Below are positions 11,961-24,326 of a DNA stretch of 64,000 nt, in pieces. The notes beneath the pieces are model-generated. The model ran no database searches. It was given only the letters and a program-made list of their open reading frames with translations, and was not told the origin of the DNA. Numbering within the stretch: position 1 is the stretch's first letter; each line of letters starts with the position of its first letter. This DNA is from Tubiluchus corallicola (taxonomy: Eukaryota; Animalia; Priapulida), in assembly GCA_030141605.1 (NCBI GenBank), contig JAQGDQ010000561.1, forward strand, positions 62,001-126,000. The letters are read 5' to 3'. The translations under genes and the position numbers were made by a program.

Positions 11961-13971
11961 AGAAATTTGCAATCATTTTAATTGTAAAACGTAGACAATG
12001 TTCACTTCAGTAACAAAATTGAACAAACAGTCATAAAAGTTAGCAATATGATACTGTAGAAATTTTGTATTCTTCAACATTACTGTCATCCTTTATTGCA
12101 CCTTTAACATTGCTGTCTCTAGATCAACTGAAACTTGCTTGCCTGAGAGAATAAAGCTGTAATCACATGACCAGACATTCAAGTTCCTATTGGAAGATAC
12201 ATCACATTCGTGCATACAGACCATAAATGGAAAGGTCACCTATGCTCTACAGATGACTTGCTAAACCAAAATCAAAGTCTACTTGGCTTCTTTGATAGCA
12301 GAATAAAGATTATTGGTTTACAGAAAGCTGTGTTATAATGTTATAAATTTTCTCTATTTAAACTTGAATAAGAGAGTTAGAACCAGAATTAAAGCATGAA
12401 ATTAACAATCTAATTACTCTGATTAATGAATATCTATAAAAGCAAAAGGAAACAATATTTAGAAACAAAATCAATCTCTGACAAACTTTGTACAATTAGA
12501 GTAAAACAACGACTGTAGATGGCAGCATAGACTAATTCAGTACTTTAGTGTAGCAGACTGACAATTAAATGGATCACATAATACTACAATCGCGTACTCG
12601 GTACAATAAGCGACATGCTGTATGTTCTACAGATTCATTAGATTATTTTAAACCACACCTTACACTATTTTACACTGCATTACATAAAATTCAATTATTA
12701 AAATACAATATTAGCCTGCAGGTGAGTTAAGTTAAGTATCAGATTACAGACAACTAGAAAATAGACAATTTAAGCATAAAATAAGATAATTCACATAAGA
12801 GAAACATGGATAGTAATCAATGTATTGTCACAAGAGATTTACAGGTAATATAAACCATACACAAAGCATCCCCATGTATCGTATAAAGTAAAGTTTATTT
12901 TTAGAAAGTATTTTAGCTTACGATACCTCTTACCAGCATTTTTTATTCTATATCACTCATATCAGCTATCAGGCTCATATAAGGTATTTATTTAAAGTAT
13001 TTTTATAAAGTACAAAATGAGTTTTCTGCTTACGATATCGCTGACAAGCACTTATTACTCAGTACCAATGCTACCAGTGTCCTCTTATTGATAACTCTGC
13101 TCTGTCATTGTACTTAGCACTGTATCGCGTTCCCCGGGATTTTTACAGGAACTTGTGTGTCAACCATGCTTGACTGGCAGCCAACAACAAGGCGAAATTT
13201 GTCACAACAGAGATCATTTAGTGTAAACTTTTTAGAAAATACAACCGTTAAATTTGAAATACAGATTCGATTCTTTCTAGATCAAAATAAACGTTAATTT
13301 TAAGTGAAACTAACGACGGTGTGCCGATCTGACTTTAACTTGAACAAAATAAAAACTCACATGCCAAAATTCAAAAGTGAGAAAGATCAAACAAAAGATG
13401 GCGTTAGAACACGATCTCCTTTTCTTCCCATTGGCAGCAATCTTTTTCTGTCAACTAAATTCGCATTAGTTTATTGGCTGGGTACAAAAGCAGGTGGCAA
13501 GTCCACACGCTGAGCTCTCCTTTTTTGTTAGAAGTTATACGTTAATGTGTCCGACGTGTATAATGGGTGCGAACGACTTTAGTTTAGTTTATACATATTT
13601 TTATTGAATAACAAATATTACAATGCGGGTTGAACAGACAGTTTTTAATAACTGATGAATGTTCTCACCAGTGAAACGTAACACTTAGTAGAGTGCAGAC
13701 GATAGACAAACAGTAGAAACATTACAGTATGAGTATTAGCAGTATAGATACATACATAGCAGAATGTTAAGAATGACATTAATATTACTATGTAATCAAT
13801 ATAAACTAATACAATGATTAGAAGTACTTAGTTAGAAATATAAATTTCAGTGAAGGACTTTAGTGATGAATAAAAATCGTTCGAAATTCTATTAAATGTT
13901 GGCAAAGATCAGACAGCGATGATACTGGTATTTTTACTTTGATCACATCTTTTACTCTGTTCTTTCGCCAG

Positions 13972-14217
13972 GTACCACGAACGGCCAAGCCAACGAGGAG
14001 AACCAAACTCTCGGCAATAAATCCTCTCCGATGTTACCACCGACGTCGTTAGCAGGACGAGACGCGGCAGACGCTGACGACGACGAAAAAGGGACGGCGA
14101 CGTCCGGCGAAAGCATACCTCTGTCACCTCAGAGCAGCATAGCTTCCTCTGGCAGTGTCGACGGGGACGACGACTCGCACAGGAACACTTTTATCGAGGA
14201 AGGAAGCGGCATGTCAG
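13972..14217 (+). CDS. SAMD4: Smaug/SAMD4 exon
   Basis: PLSPQSSIASSGS..RNTFIEEGSGMS matches SAMD4 LSPQSSVASSGS..RNTFQEEGSGMK; CAG| and |GTAAAG, phase 1/1. Confidence 0.93.
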
Positions 14218-14474
14218 GTAAAGTACGATGCCTTTGAGCAATGTCATATGAAATCGATCGTCTTTAAACCTGGTGAATATATTGTATCTGCAGCTGGTAG
14301 GCTTCATGCCGTTGTTTATTACAAGACAACGAATTATTTAATTGGAAACTCGTTTACCTCAGGGATGCAATTAGTGCTAATCCTCTTCCAAATTCATTAC
14401 AATAATTGCAATGAATAATTTTAATTATTTCAATGTGCATTAGCTCTTAGCTCTCTGCTGATAAATGTTTTTAA

Positions 14475-16493
14475 AGCCGGATATGTCTGGTGCACCGAGA
14501 ACTGTCGGGTGTGTCTGGTGCACCGAGAACTGCCGGGTATGTCTGGTGCACCGAGAACTGTCGGGTGTGTCTGGTGCACCGAGAACTGTCGGGTGTGTCT
14601 GGTGCACCGAGAACTGCCGGGTATGTCTGGTGCACTGAGAACTGCCGGGTATGTCTGGTGCACTGAGAACTGTCGGATATGTCTGGTGCACTGAGAACTG
14701 TCGGGTACGTCTGGTGCACTGAGAATTGTCGGGTATGTCTGGTGCACTAAGAACTGCCGGGTACGTCTGGTGCACCGAGAACTGCCGGGTATGTCTGGTG
14801 CACTGAGAACTGTCGGGTGTGTCTGGTGCACTGAGAACTGTCGGGTATGTCTGGTGCACTGAGAACTGTCGGGTGTGTCTGGTGCACTAAGAACTGCCGG
14901 GTATGTCTGGTGCACTGAGAACTGCCGGATATGTCTGGTGCACTGAGAACTGTCGGGTATGTCTGGTGCACTGAGAACTGTCGGGTACGTCTGGTGCACT
15001 GAGAACTGTCGGTTATGTCTGGTGCACTGAGAACTGGGTACGTCTGGTGCACTGACAACTGCCGGGTATGTCTGTTGCACTGAGAACTGTCGGGTGTGTC
15101 TGGTGCACTGAGAACTGTCGGGTGTGTCTGGTGCACTGAGAACTGTCGGGTGTGTCTGGTGCACTGAGAACTGTCGGGTGTGTCTGGTGCACTGAGAACT
15201 GTCGGGTATGTCTGGTGCACTGAGAACTGCCGGATACGTCTGGTGCACTGAGAACTGTCGGTTATGTCTGGTGCACTGAGAACTGTCGGGTATGTCTGGT
15301 GCACTGAGAACTGTCGGTTATGTCTGGTGTACTGAGAACTGTCGGGTGTGTCTGGTGCACTGAGAACTGTCGGGTATGTCTGGTGCACTGAGAACTGCCG
15401 GATACGTCTGGTGCACTGAGAACTGTCGGGTATGTCTGGTGCACTGAGAACTATCGGTTATGTCTGGTGCACTGAGAACTGTCGGGTATGTCTGGTGCAC
15501 TGAGAACTGTCGGGTATGTCTGGTGCACTGAGAACTGCCGGATACGTCTGGTGCACTGAGAACTGTCGGGTATGTCTGGTGCACTGAGAACTGTCGGTTA
15601 TGTCTGGTGCACTGAGAACTGTCGGGTATGTCTGGTGCACTGAGAACTGTCGGTTATGTCTAGTGCACTGAGAACTGTCGGGTATGTCTGTTGCACTGAG
15701 AACTGTCAGTTATGTCTGGTGCACTGAGAACTGTCGGGTATGTCTGGTGCACTGAGAACTGTCGGGTATGTCTGGTGTACTGAGAACTGTCGGGTGTGTC
15801 TGGTGCACTGAGAACTGTCGGTTATGTCTGGTGCACTGAGAACTGTCGGGTATGTCTGGTGCACTGAGAACTGTCGGATATGTCTGGTGCACTGAGAACT
15901 GTCGGATATGTCTGGTGCACTGAGAACTGTCGGATATGTCTGGTGCACTGAGAACTGTCGGTTATGTCTAGTGCACTGAGAACTGCCGGGTATGTCTGGT
16001 GCACTGAGAACTGTCGGTTATGTCTAGTGCACTGAGAACTGTCGGTTATGTCTATTGCACTGAGAACTGCCGGGTGTGTCTGTTGCACTGAGAACTGTCG
16101 GTTATGTCTGGTGCACTGAGAACTGTCGGATATTTCTGGTGCACTGAGAACTGTCGGATATGTCTGGTGCACTGAGAACTGTCAGTTATGTCTAGTGCAC
16201 TGAGAACTGCCGGGTATGTCTGGTGCACTGAGAACTGTCGGTTATGTCTAGTGCACTGAGAACTGCCGGGTATGTCTGGTGCACTGAGAACTGTCGGTTA
16301 TGTCTAGTGCACTGAGAACTGCCGGGTGTGTCTGTTGCACTGAGAACTGTCGGTTATGTCTGGTGCACTGAGAACTGTCGGTTATGTCTAGTGCACTGAG
16401 AACTGCCGGGTGTGTCTGGTGCACTGAGAACTGTCGGTTATGTCTAGTGCACTGAGAACTGTCGGTTATGTCTGGTGCACTGAGAACTGTCGG
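14475..16493. repeat. Minisatellite, 28-bp unit, ~72 copies, in a Smaug intron
   Basis: GTCTGGTGCACTGAGAACTGTCGGGTAT repeated; explains all overlapping repetitive ORFs. Confidence 0.98.
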
Positions 16494-16574
16494 AGTTCTA
16501 TTAGCATCTATTCTTTTTACTTTTTATCGACTAACAATTAAATTCTGTTTGAAATTAAAACGTCTTTCAAAGGT

Positions 16575-17340
16575 TTTATTGTCTTGGCCATTGTAGTTAG
16601 TTTCTGAATTGTGTTTTTGTAATGTCCGTTAGTTTGTTTGTTTGTCTGTCTGTCTTTCAAATTACTCGTCTCTAAGTCTTCGTCTCTACGCGAAGAGTTT
16701 GTAGTGGTGGTTCTGACCCAAGTGCCCTAGTTGAAGACGGCATTCAGATTTGCATTCAGACTTCCACCGAACTCCTAACCGCCATTATTAATGCAGCACC
16801 AAGCGGAATTTATTCGTGTCATACACGATCAGAAAGCCAGAAAAATTCTCTATCTAACCATATATAGTTTGTTGGTCAGTAATTTAACCTGCAAGAAATA
16901 ACTCAACCCTAGATGAAGAAGGCATTCAGACTTCCACCGAACTCCTAACCGCCATTATTAATGCAGCACCAAGCGTAATTTATTCGTGTCACACACAGTC
17001 AGAAAGCCAGAAAAATTCTCTATCTAACCATATATAGTTTGTTGGTCAGCAATTTAACCTGCAAGAAATAACTCAACCCTAGATGAAAAATGGACAGTAA
17101 GATTTTTAATGCTACTTCCACCGAATTCCAAACCGCCATTATTAATGCAGCACCAAGCGACATTTATTCGTGTCATACATAGTCAGAAAGCCAGAAAAAT
17201 TCTCTATCTAACCGCATATAGTTTGTTGATCAGCAATTTAATCTGCAAAAAATAACTCAACCCTAGTCAAAGAAGGCATTCAGGTTTGCAACGCTGCTTG
17301 CACCAAATTCCAAACCGCCATTATTAATGTCCTTTGAGCT
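16575..17340. mobile_element. Candidate Helentron-associated (HINE/DINE-1-like) element with internal 170-185 bp tandem units x3
   Basis: (GTTT)(GTCT) microsatellite near the 5' end followed by repeats of TTCCACCGAACTCCTAACCGCCATTATTAATG...; the tandem repeat is certain, the element class is inferred. Confidence 0.4.
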
Positions 17341-17713
17341 GACATTGTGGCCTGTAAACCCAAAGAAGTAGACAACTGATGCTCCTCCCACCAGCATCTC
17401 CGTCGCTTTTACAGTACAAACTGGTGCTGCAGTAAAATGGAAAGACCTGTTCTGTGTCTGTCCGGATTGTTACTGCATTACCTACTACAACGCGTTCAGA
17501 CTAGCGAATTTTCTCCCCAAGTGACTGCAAGTTACTAAACCAGATTATAAAGGAAGTTTGAATTCCCGTCCTTATAGCACATTGTCCATCTGCACCACCT
17601 ACAGCATGTTCAATACAAGAGCAAGACAATTAAATATTTAAACAATTAATAAAATCAACTGGCTTCGGTTCAGCAGTGGATTTAAACTCATAAGTTAGAA
17701 TTAATGAATGTAA

Positions 17714-18243
17714 CGGTGCATTCACACTAGAGAGTTTTTTGACATGAGTTTTCTCATTTGAGAGCAAACTCGCAAGTGTGAACTCCTTTGCGAGTTACTG
17801 TCGACTCCTCGCAGCGAGTGAGAGAAGTGAGCGTCAGCTCGCACTTGTTGTCGGAGAGCAACTCACAGCAACTTTTGCTCTCTAGTCTGAACGTACTTGT
17901 GAGTTACTTGGCGAGTTACTGTCGACACCACGCAGTGAATAGAGAAGTGAGTGTCAGCTCGCACTTGTTGTCGGAGAGTAACTCACAGCAACTTTTGCTC
18001 TCTAGTCTGAACGTACTTGTGAGTTACTTGGCGAGTTACTGTCGACACCTCGCAGCGAATAGAGAAGTGAGTGTCAGCTCGCACTTGTTGTCGGAGAGTA
18101 ACTCACAGCAACTTTTGCTCTCTAGTCTGAACGTACTTGTGAGTTACTGTCGACACCTCGCAGCGAATAGAGAAGTGACTGTCAGCTCGCACTTGTCGGA
18201 GAGTAACTTGCACTGAATTTTGTATTCTAGTCTGAATGTCTCA
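17714..18243. mobile_element. PIF/Harbinger-like MITE (family F) with internal 120-bp tandem units
   Basis: TIR CATTCACACTAG...CTAGTCTGAATG with TWA flanks; related pieces at ~17493, ~38500-38652 and 42547-42837. Confidence 0.65.
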
Positions 18244-18546
18244 TTAGATTTTTATTAACATCCTTCATTTGCATACATTAGTTTTTTGTTGATGTTTTTC
18301 GTCCACTTTGTTGCTCTGCGAACCTTAAATCAGCTTTCAGTGGCTGTCCACCCTCTGAAGTGGCTGGTTGTGGCAAGACTGGCACCTTGTTTGTTATCAT
18401 GACTAATCCTAAAAGAAAACGCAATAAACTGATAGCCGAGAAACAGTCCAATCCGACTTTGGTCGTTGAACACATGTGGCCCTTTGTTAGCGTCGTTGTA
18501 AGAGCTGTTTTCTTTGCTCTTGTGTTACTTTCTTCTTCTTTTTCAG

Positions 18547-18656
18547 ACGTGCCGGCTTGGTTGAAGAGCCTGCGACTCCACAAGTATTCTCACCTCTTTT
18601 CTAAGATGACCTACGATGAAATGATGAATCTGTCGGAATCGTGGCTTGAAAAGCAG
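18547..18656 (+). CDS. SAMD4: Smaug/SAMD4 exon, SAM RNA-binding domain part 1
   Basis: (D)[26 protein letters not shown] is the hallmark Smaug/Vts1 SAM motif; TTTCAG| and |GTAGGT. Confidence 0.97.
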
Positions 18657-18734
18657 GTAGGTTAAAATGGTGAAAAGAATTTGGGCACGCATTTTAGAAA
18701 GTCCAAATTTAGTTTTGACCATTAGCATCTTTAA

Positions 18735-19100
18735 AGCACAAGAAAACCTTTCACTTCCATAAAGCTTAAAAAATTCACCTTGAAATTTTATACCACTTAC
18801 ATGCTGCCTTTTGCATGCAGGGCTTGCGTCGGCAGTAATGCTGTATAAAACTTGTAAATTTAAACTCCCGCGATGACCGTAAGACGCAGCCATTTTCACG
18901 ACAGGACATTTGAAGCAAGTTTAGGTAACACTGTGTAAAGTTTGGAAAAATAATCAGAGCATTCGTAGCGCACACGTCACTAAGTAAGTAAAATTTGAAA
19001 TTACTGTGTCTTGTCAATAAGGTTAAAAATACGTTTTTGGTTAGTGAGTGCTGCACTCTGGAGGGTGAGTCAGTGACATTTTACCAACTGACGAAAACAT
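18735..19100. mobile_element. Family A copy 2 (truncated, same orientation as copy 1)
   Basis: TTAA|AGCACAAGAAA start; shares AAACTCCCGCGATGACCG..GACGCAGCCATTTT with 131-802. Confidence 0.75.
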
Positions 19101-19150
19101 CATGCTTTCACTAGTACCCGTAGTTTTAAACATTTTTTTGCATATTTCAG

Positions 19151-19457
19151 AACGTTACGAAAGGAGCACGCCATAAAATCTTTCTCAGTATACAGAAACT
19201 CAAAGAACGCCAAAGCTTACTCCGCTCCCTCGAGAAAGACGTGTTAGAGGGCGGAAATCTACGAACCGCCCTCTCTGAACTCCGGTCTGTCATCAACTCT
19301 CCCATCAAGGCCTGGTTTCCAAATAGCGGCCGAGGCAGGGGAGTAGACCGGAGCCCCTCGACTCCACCGCCCAGCCCGGGAGCGGGCGATACGGACACAC
19401 CGGGACAGGTGCCCGATGGTGATATACCCGGCCAGTTTACACGCGTCATGGGCAAAG
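19151..19457 (+). CDS. SAMD4: Smaug/SAMD4 exon, SAM part 2 and start of PHAT-like region
   Basis: [51 protein letters not shown]; phase 0/1. Confidence 0.96.
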
Positions 19458-19912
19458 GTGTGTAATACGCATTCTCTGCATGGAGTTTTTTTCGTCACAT
19501 GCTAATTTAATTAATTATGCGTCGTCCAATTTAGACAAATGAGTTTCTTGCAGCCCCTTCGCACCAGGGATGAGAATTATACGCGGAATTCCGAGTTTTT
19601 GGAAGACCAGTAGTACCAAGACTAATATTGAATATTATCGATAATATTGAGTGAAAATAGGGGGTGCTGCAGTTGCGGGGTACCTATACACGAGCCGACC
19701 ACTGGTTGTAACGATTGCATTTTTAATTGCAACTCTTATAAAGCATTAACACTGAATTGACATGTTATTTGTGTCCCTTAACTTAGAATCTGTTCTAAAA
19801 AATTTTAACGCTTTTCTCTTTTTTCTGATAATCCTGCCCAGATGGTGTTTGTAATGCAGTTTTCTCAGAGCTGGGTAAATTTCGTTTCCAAAAAAAATTG
19901 AAGTTTTTATAT

Positions 19913-20410
19913 CAGGGGTGTGCAAATAATCTGACTAGCCGGGCCATATTAAACTTTCCCGCAATTTCTGCGGGCCACAGGCAGTTTGATCAAGGAGCCA
20001 AGTACAGAAAGGCCTAATAACGATTTTTTTGCATCCGACCTGCGTACATCATTACTACTACACTCAAGAAACTATTTTAGAAGTTATTAAAATTTATATT
20101 ACAAACCATATATTTCTACTTTCAGGACAGATAGTGGTAATTTCATTACAATGCATATTAGTAATGTGTATCACACAGTCTGTGTAGTACAGTGACATTA
20201 AGCTACAACCGTCTTGTAAGGGTTAATGGCATCCGATCTAGTAGAAAGAAACTACCCGCACTATCTTTGGGATCGTGGCACGGACTTCAGCTGGATACAC
20301 TCAATTAATCGCCCGGGCCGCACTTTCATTAGGTTGACAAATCTCTTCGCGGGCCACACAAATTCTCTCGCCGGGCCGCAAGTGGCCCTTGGGCCGCAGT
20401 TTACACACCC
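19913..20410 (+). mobile_element. hAT (Charlie-like) MITE family C, copy 1
   Basis: CAGGGGTGTGCAAA start; near-identical to 55729-56208 and 61484-61981; imperfect 8-bp TSD. Confidence 0.85.
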
Positions 20411-20545
20411 ATTTATATCTATTGCTGTCTCTGTTTGTAAGATCAAATATGTTATACCATGCTGACCATGTTTCATTATAAGACGAATCATATTACGGAC
20501 GTTTGAGTGGAAGTTGTTTATTGTTTACGTTGTTGTTTATTTCAG

Positions 20546-20637
20546 TTTGTACACAGCTGCTCATTGTCTCCAATCACATCGAGGACGACAAGTTCACGAA
20601 TTACTTGCAGTTGATCGAGCGCTGCCTAAACCATGAA
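20546..20637 (+). CDS. SAMD4: Smaug/SAMD4 exon
   Basis: (V)CTQLLIV..NYLQLIERCLNHE matches SAMD4 VCTQLLV..YLQLIDKCLIHE; TTTCAG| and |GTGAGT. Confidence 0.95.
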
Positions 20638-20779
20638 GTGAGTATTTGAACTTTCTGTTCTGTTTTGAAATTCTTGCATGTCGGCCATTGCTAGAGCATT
20701 TTGTGGAACATTGTTTTGTGCTGCTAATTCACCAAACAACACGTTATTGATCTTGTTGATAATGTAAAGTAATTTAAAC

Positions 20780-21316
20780 CAGGGATGAGAATTTTCCGCG
20801 GATACTCGGAATTCCGAGCTTTTGGGAGACCAGTAGTGCCATTTTTATAAATCGCGTAAATTCGTTGAGAAAATTTTTACGGACCCAGTACATTATTTCA
20901 CAAGCTGACCGCTAGTTAGCAGGCTGTCACTTTGTTTACATCGTGTACATCAGTATAACCACGTGTATATCTCTATGTATAAAAATATAGAATCAATTGT
21001 GCGGAGTTATTTGAGTCAATTGCAGACAGTTTTTATATTCTTTTGCATAGGAGCGGCCAGTACTTGGGAATTTTTGAGGCAATTAGGTATTTATGTATCC
21101 TTGATAGTTGGGTATTTTAAATTATGCATGAAACAAGGTAATTGATATTTTAAGTCCACTTAGAGGAGGCTCTCTGTGGTCACAAAATTGCAATTTGTTG
21201 CTTCTCCCCTTGAACCCCCATGAGGGCTTTGCCCCTCAACCCCATTGGGGGCCCAGGCGGCCCCAAAACCCCCGGCCCGTTTCAGAATTTTTTCCAATTT
21301 GTCATTCTCATCCCTG
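20780..21316 (+). mobile_element. hAT MITE family D, copy 1
   Basis: TIR CAGGGATGAGAAT...ATTCTCATCCCTG; TSD ATTTAAAC/ATTTGAAC; other copies 24327-24942 and a fragment at ~19565. Confidence 0.85.
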
Positions 21317-21474
21317 ATTTGAACTTCTGCTCTGTTAGCAAAGTGTGCATTGCGAATGTTCTGATTATGTTTGTCAAACTTCACGCAGTGTTTATCTAAA
21401 CTTGTTTCAAACGACTTACCATTAAATGCCTGCACCGAAACGATCATTGTGAGAGTTCAAATTTACAAGTTTCT

Positions 21475-22137
21475 TACAGCTTTGCTGCCAATGCAAGCCC
21501 TGTATGCAACAAGACAGTATGCAAGTGATACAAAATTTCAAGACAAATTTTTAAACTTTATTGATTTTTATACAGCTTTGCTGCCAATGCAAGCTCTGTA
21601 GGCAACAAGACAGTATGCAAGTGATACAAAATCTCAAGACAAATTTTTAAACTTTATTGATTTTTACACAGCTTGGCTGCCAATGCAAGCTCTGTAGGCA
21701 ACAAGACAATATGCAAGTGATACAAAATCTCAAGACAAATTTTTAAACTTTATTGATTTTTATACAGCTTTGCTGCCAATGCAAGCTCTGTAGGCAACAA
21801 GACAGTATGCAAGTGATACAAAATCTCAAGACAAATTTTTAAACTTTATTGATTTTTATACAGCTTTGCTGTCAATGCAAGCTCTGTAGGCAACAAGACA
21901 GTATGCAAGTGGTACAAAATCTCAAGACAAATTTTTAAACTTTATTGATTATTACACAGCTTTGCTGCCAATGCAAGCTCTGTAGGCAACAAGACAGTAT
22001 GCAAGTGATACAAAATCTCAAGACAAATTTTTAAACTTTATTGATTTTTATACAGCTTTGCTGCTAATGCAAGCTCTGTAGGCAACAAGACAGTATGCAA
22101 GTGATACAAAATCTCAAGACAAATTTTTAAACTTTAT
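21475..22137. repeat. Tandem array, 96-bp unit x7
   Basis: TACAGCTTTGCTGCCAATGCAAGCTCTGTAGGC... every 96 bp. Confidence 0.97.
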
Positions 22138-22139
22138 TT

Positions 22140-22580
22140 ATGAAGAGACTATGACAAAAATTCATGAGAAATCTTTACTAGAATACTTAGTGACGGAGAG
22201 ACAGAGAGAACTAAAGTTAACTGTTCTATATAAAACTTAGAAATTTATGTCAACTAACTTTTCATATGATACGAGCGCAAGATATATTTCAACTAGACTT
22301 AATATTATTTATTTTGATGTGATTCGCAGAAAATGTGCATACAGTTTACACATCAGGCTGAATAAGAGTGAAAATTTTATATGCAAGAACTTTTTAAACA
22401 GTGATGCAAACTTTACTTCTGTAATTAGACGTCATTGGCGTAGTTTGTTATATCGTTAATTGTTATTTGTGTTATTGTTGTGTGTCATGATTTATTGTAT
22501 TATTTGTATTAATTTGTGATGTGTTTATGAACTTTGCGAAGTTTGAAATAAAATATTAAAATTTAAAAAAAATCTAAAAT
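22140..22580 (+). mobile_element. LINE 3' remnant
   Basis: ORF ending NSDANFTSVIRRHWRSLLYR* resembles L2/CR1-group ORF2 C-termini; followed by a T-rich UTR and AATAAA/A-rich tail. Confidence 0.45.
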
Positions 22581-22755
22581 ATAGAGGATTTCTATGGTGG
22601 CGTGTGCTCATCTAGTATCTGCATCTGCTTCTGTTTACATTTGGGCCCGGTATCAAACACGAATCACGTTGATCTTTGTTTAGGTGGCCGAAGTGCTTTT
22701 TATAGCATTACCTTTTCGTGTGTGGTTACATAAATCTGTTTCTCTTTTGATTTAG

Positions 22756-22862
22756 GCATTTACTACAACTCAAAAGAAGCGATTAGAATCGTGGAAGCAG
22801 CAAGTGTTGAAAACTTGGAAGCCAGCTCAGACGCGATGCTCCCCTCGCGGTCCTGCAACAAG
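22756..22862 (+). CDS. SAMD4: Smaug/SAMD4 exon
   Basis: AFTTTQKKRLESWKQQV matches SAMD4 AFTETQKKRLLSWKQQV; TTTAG| and |GTACGT, phase 0/2. Confidence 0.95.
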
Positions 22863-22877
22863 GTACGTTACCTGTAA

Positions 22878-23450
22878 AGGACAAGAGAAGGGATAGCTGA
22901 AGTAGGTTTCAGAAAAATCGTCTTAAACAATTATATTACTGTACAGCAATTTTATGAATACTCACGTTATTAAAAAGAATTTTTGTTTATTTTCATTTTA
23001 AATCTCCCACAATATCGGCGGCGCCATAACATGACGTCACTATGCCTTGTATAAATCAGTGGAAGAAAAGGAAATGTTAAACTATGTCCCAAGAAACTTT
23101 CCATGCAATGTTATATTACTTAGCATTTCGCTTACCTGCTGGAAAGACTTGCGTAACTAGAAAATTTTTTTTTAATTATTTAAAATGTTTTCACCAATTG
23201 GTAAAATGTCGCTGACTCACCCTCCAGGGTGCACCACTCGCTAACCAAAAACGTATTTTTCATCTTATTCACAAGATACAGTAATTTAAATTTTTACCTA
23301 GTTAGTGACGTGTGCGCTACAAATGCTTTGATTATTTTTTCAAATTTCACGCAGTGTTATCTAAACTTGTTTCAAATGGCTGCGTCTAGCGGTCATCGCG
23401 GGAGTTTAAACTTACAATTTGCATGTAAAAAGGCAGTACGTAAGTGGTAG
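22878..23450. mobile_element. Family A copy 3 (opposite orientation to copies 1 and 2)
   Basis: AGGACAAGAG start; reverse complement of 131-802 and 18735-19100. Confidence 0.8.
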
Positions 23451-23569
23451 GTCATTTTTTCATACATTTTAAACTGTTTTGGACTGCAAGACAGTTTTTA
23501 ACGTGCAAGTTGTAATTATTACATCTTCCAACAGGTGGCTCTGCCTTACAGTGTTTTAACACTTTGCAG

Positions 23570-23792
23570 GTTTTTGAGCCATTTTCCCGCCACTGGATTC
23601 ACCGGAGATGTCAACATCCTGCCGGCAATGCACCCAGCTGTGATCACTCGTGGACGACGGTTGCTGGCCCAACCGCCCCGGCTGCCGTATACGAAACAGG
23701 GCGTGGTCGTCGTGCCAACGGCCTCCATTCAGCCGCACCAGCGCCCCTACGTGTCGCAGTCGTTTAATAAACCACGGCCTACAACTCAAGAT
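23570..23792 (+). CDS. SAMD4: Smaug/SAMD4 exon (low-complexity region)
   Basis: GC-rich open frame with TTTGCAG| (phase 2) and |GTAAGT (phase 0), fitting both neighbouring exons. Confidence 0.8.
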
Positions 23793-24181
23793 GTAAGTTC
23801 TTCTGTTTCTGTTAACGATGAATTATATGTAATGTTTGTTGATGACTGATAAAGATAATTAATTACTGAAAATGCCACGTTGCGATAATACGGCAGCATA
23901 ATGAAAACTGGTCAGACAAAATGTACTTAAACTGCAGTAACTCTACACCCACCCCCAGTACCGTGCTCCTTACTGAAATGGTTAACGGATATTAGTGGTA
24001 TATCTTAGCTGCTAAAATAATAATGCGTATACCTAAAACGTACTATGAAAAAAAACAGTTGAGATATCCACGAAATCTTATAAAAGTAAAAGTTTTTTAT
24101 TTGTAAACAGAAAACGAATCGAGTCGCATAAAATCAGACGTGTTTCCGTTTTCTTGAATTAACTGGTTTCATTTTGTCTAG

Positions 24182-24266
24182 AAGGCAGGTGTGCAGAGAA
24201 CCAAATCAGCGCCATCACGGCCTCCACCTCAAACCACGTACGGTGGCGCCGCCTACAATAAACCAT
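24182..24266 (+). CDS. SAMD4: Smaug/SAMD4 exon
   Basis: VQRTKSAP resembles SAMD4 VQRTxSLP; TAG|AAG tandem acceptor; |GTAAGT phase 1. Confidence 0.85.
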
Positions 24267-24326
24267 GTAAGTACTTCGGCAAAACGTTTTTGTCTGTGTG
24301 TCCTCGTATGAAGGCAATAATTACTC

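Noticed and set aside
13149-13222. Extra Smaug exon after TTTTACAG (GTCVSTMLDWQPTTRRNLSQQRSF)
   Set aside because: Open in the right phase but no convincing phase-1 donor and no recognisable homology; needs RNA-seq
14430-16493. CRISPR array or repeat-protein ORFs
   Set aside because: Units are contiguous with no unique spacers, no cas genes, eukaryotic intron
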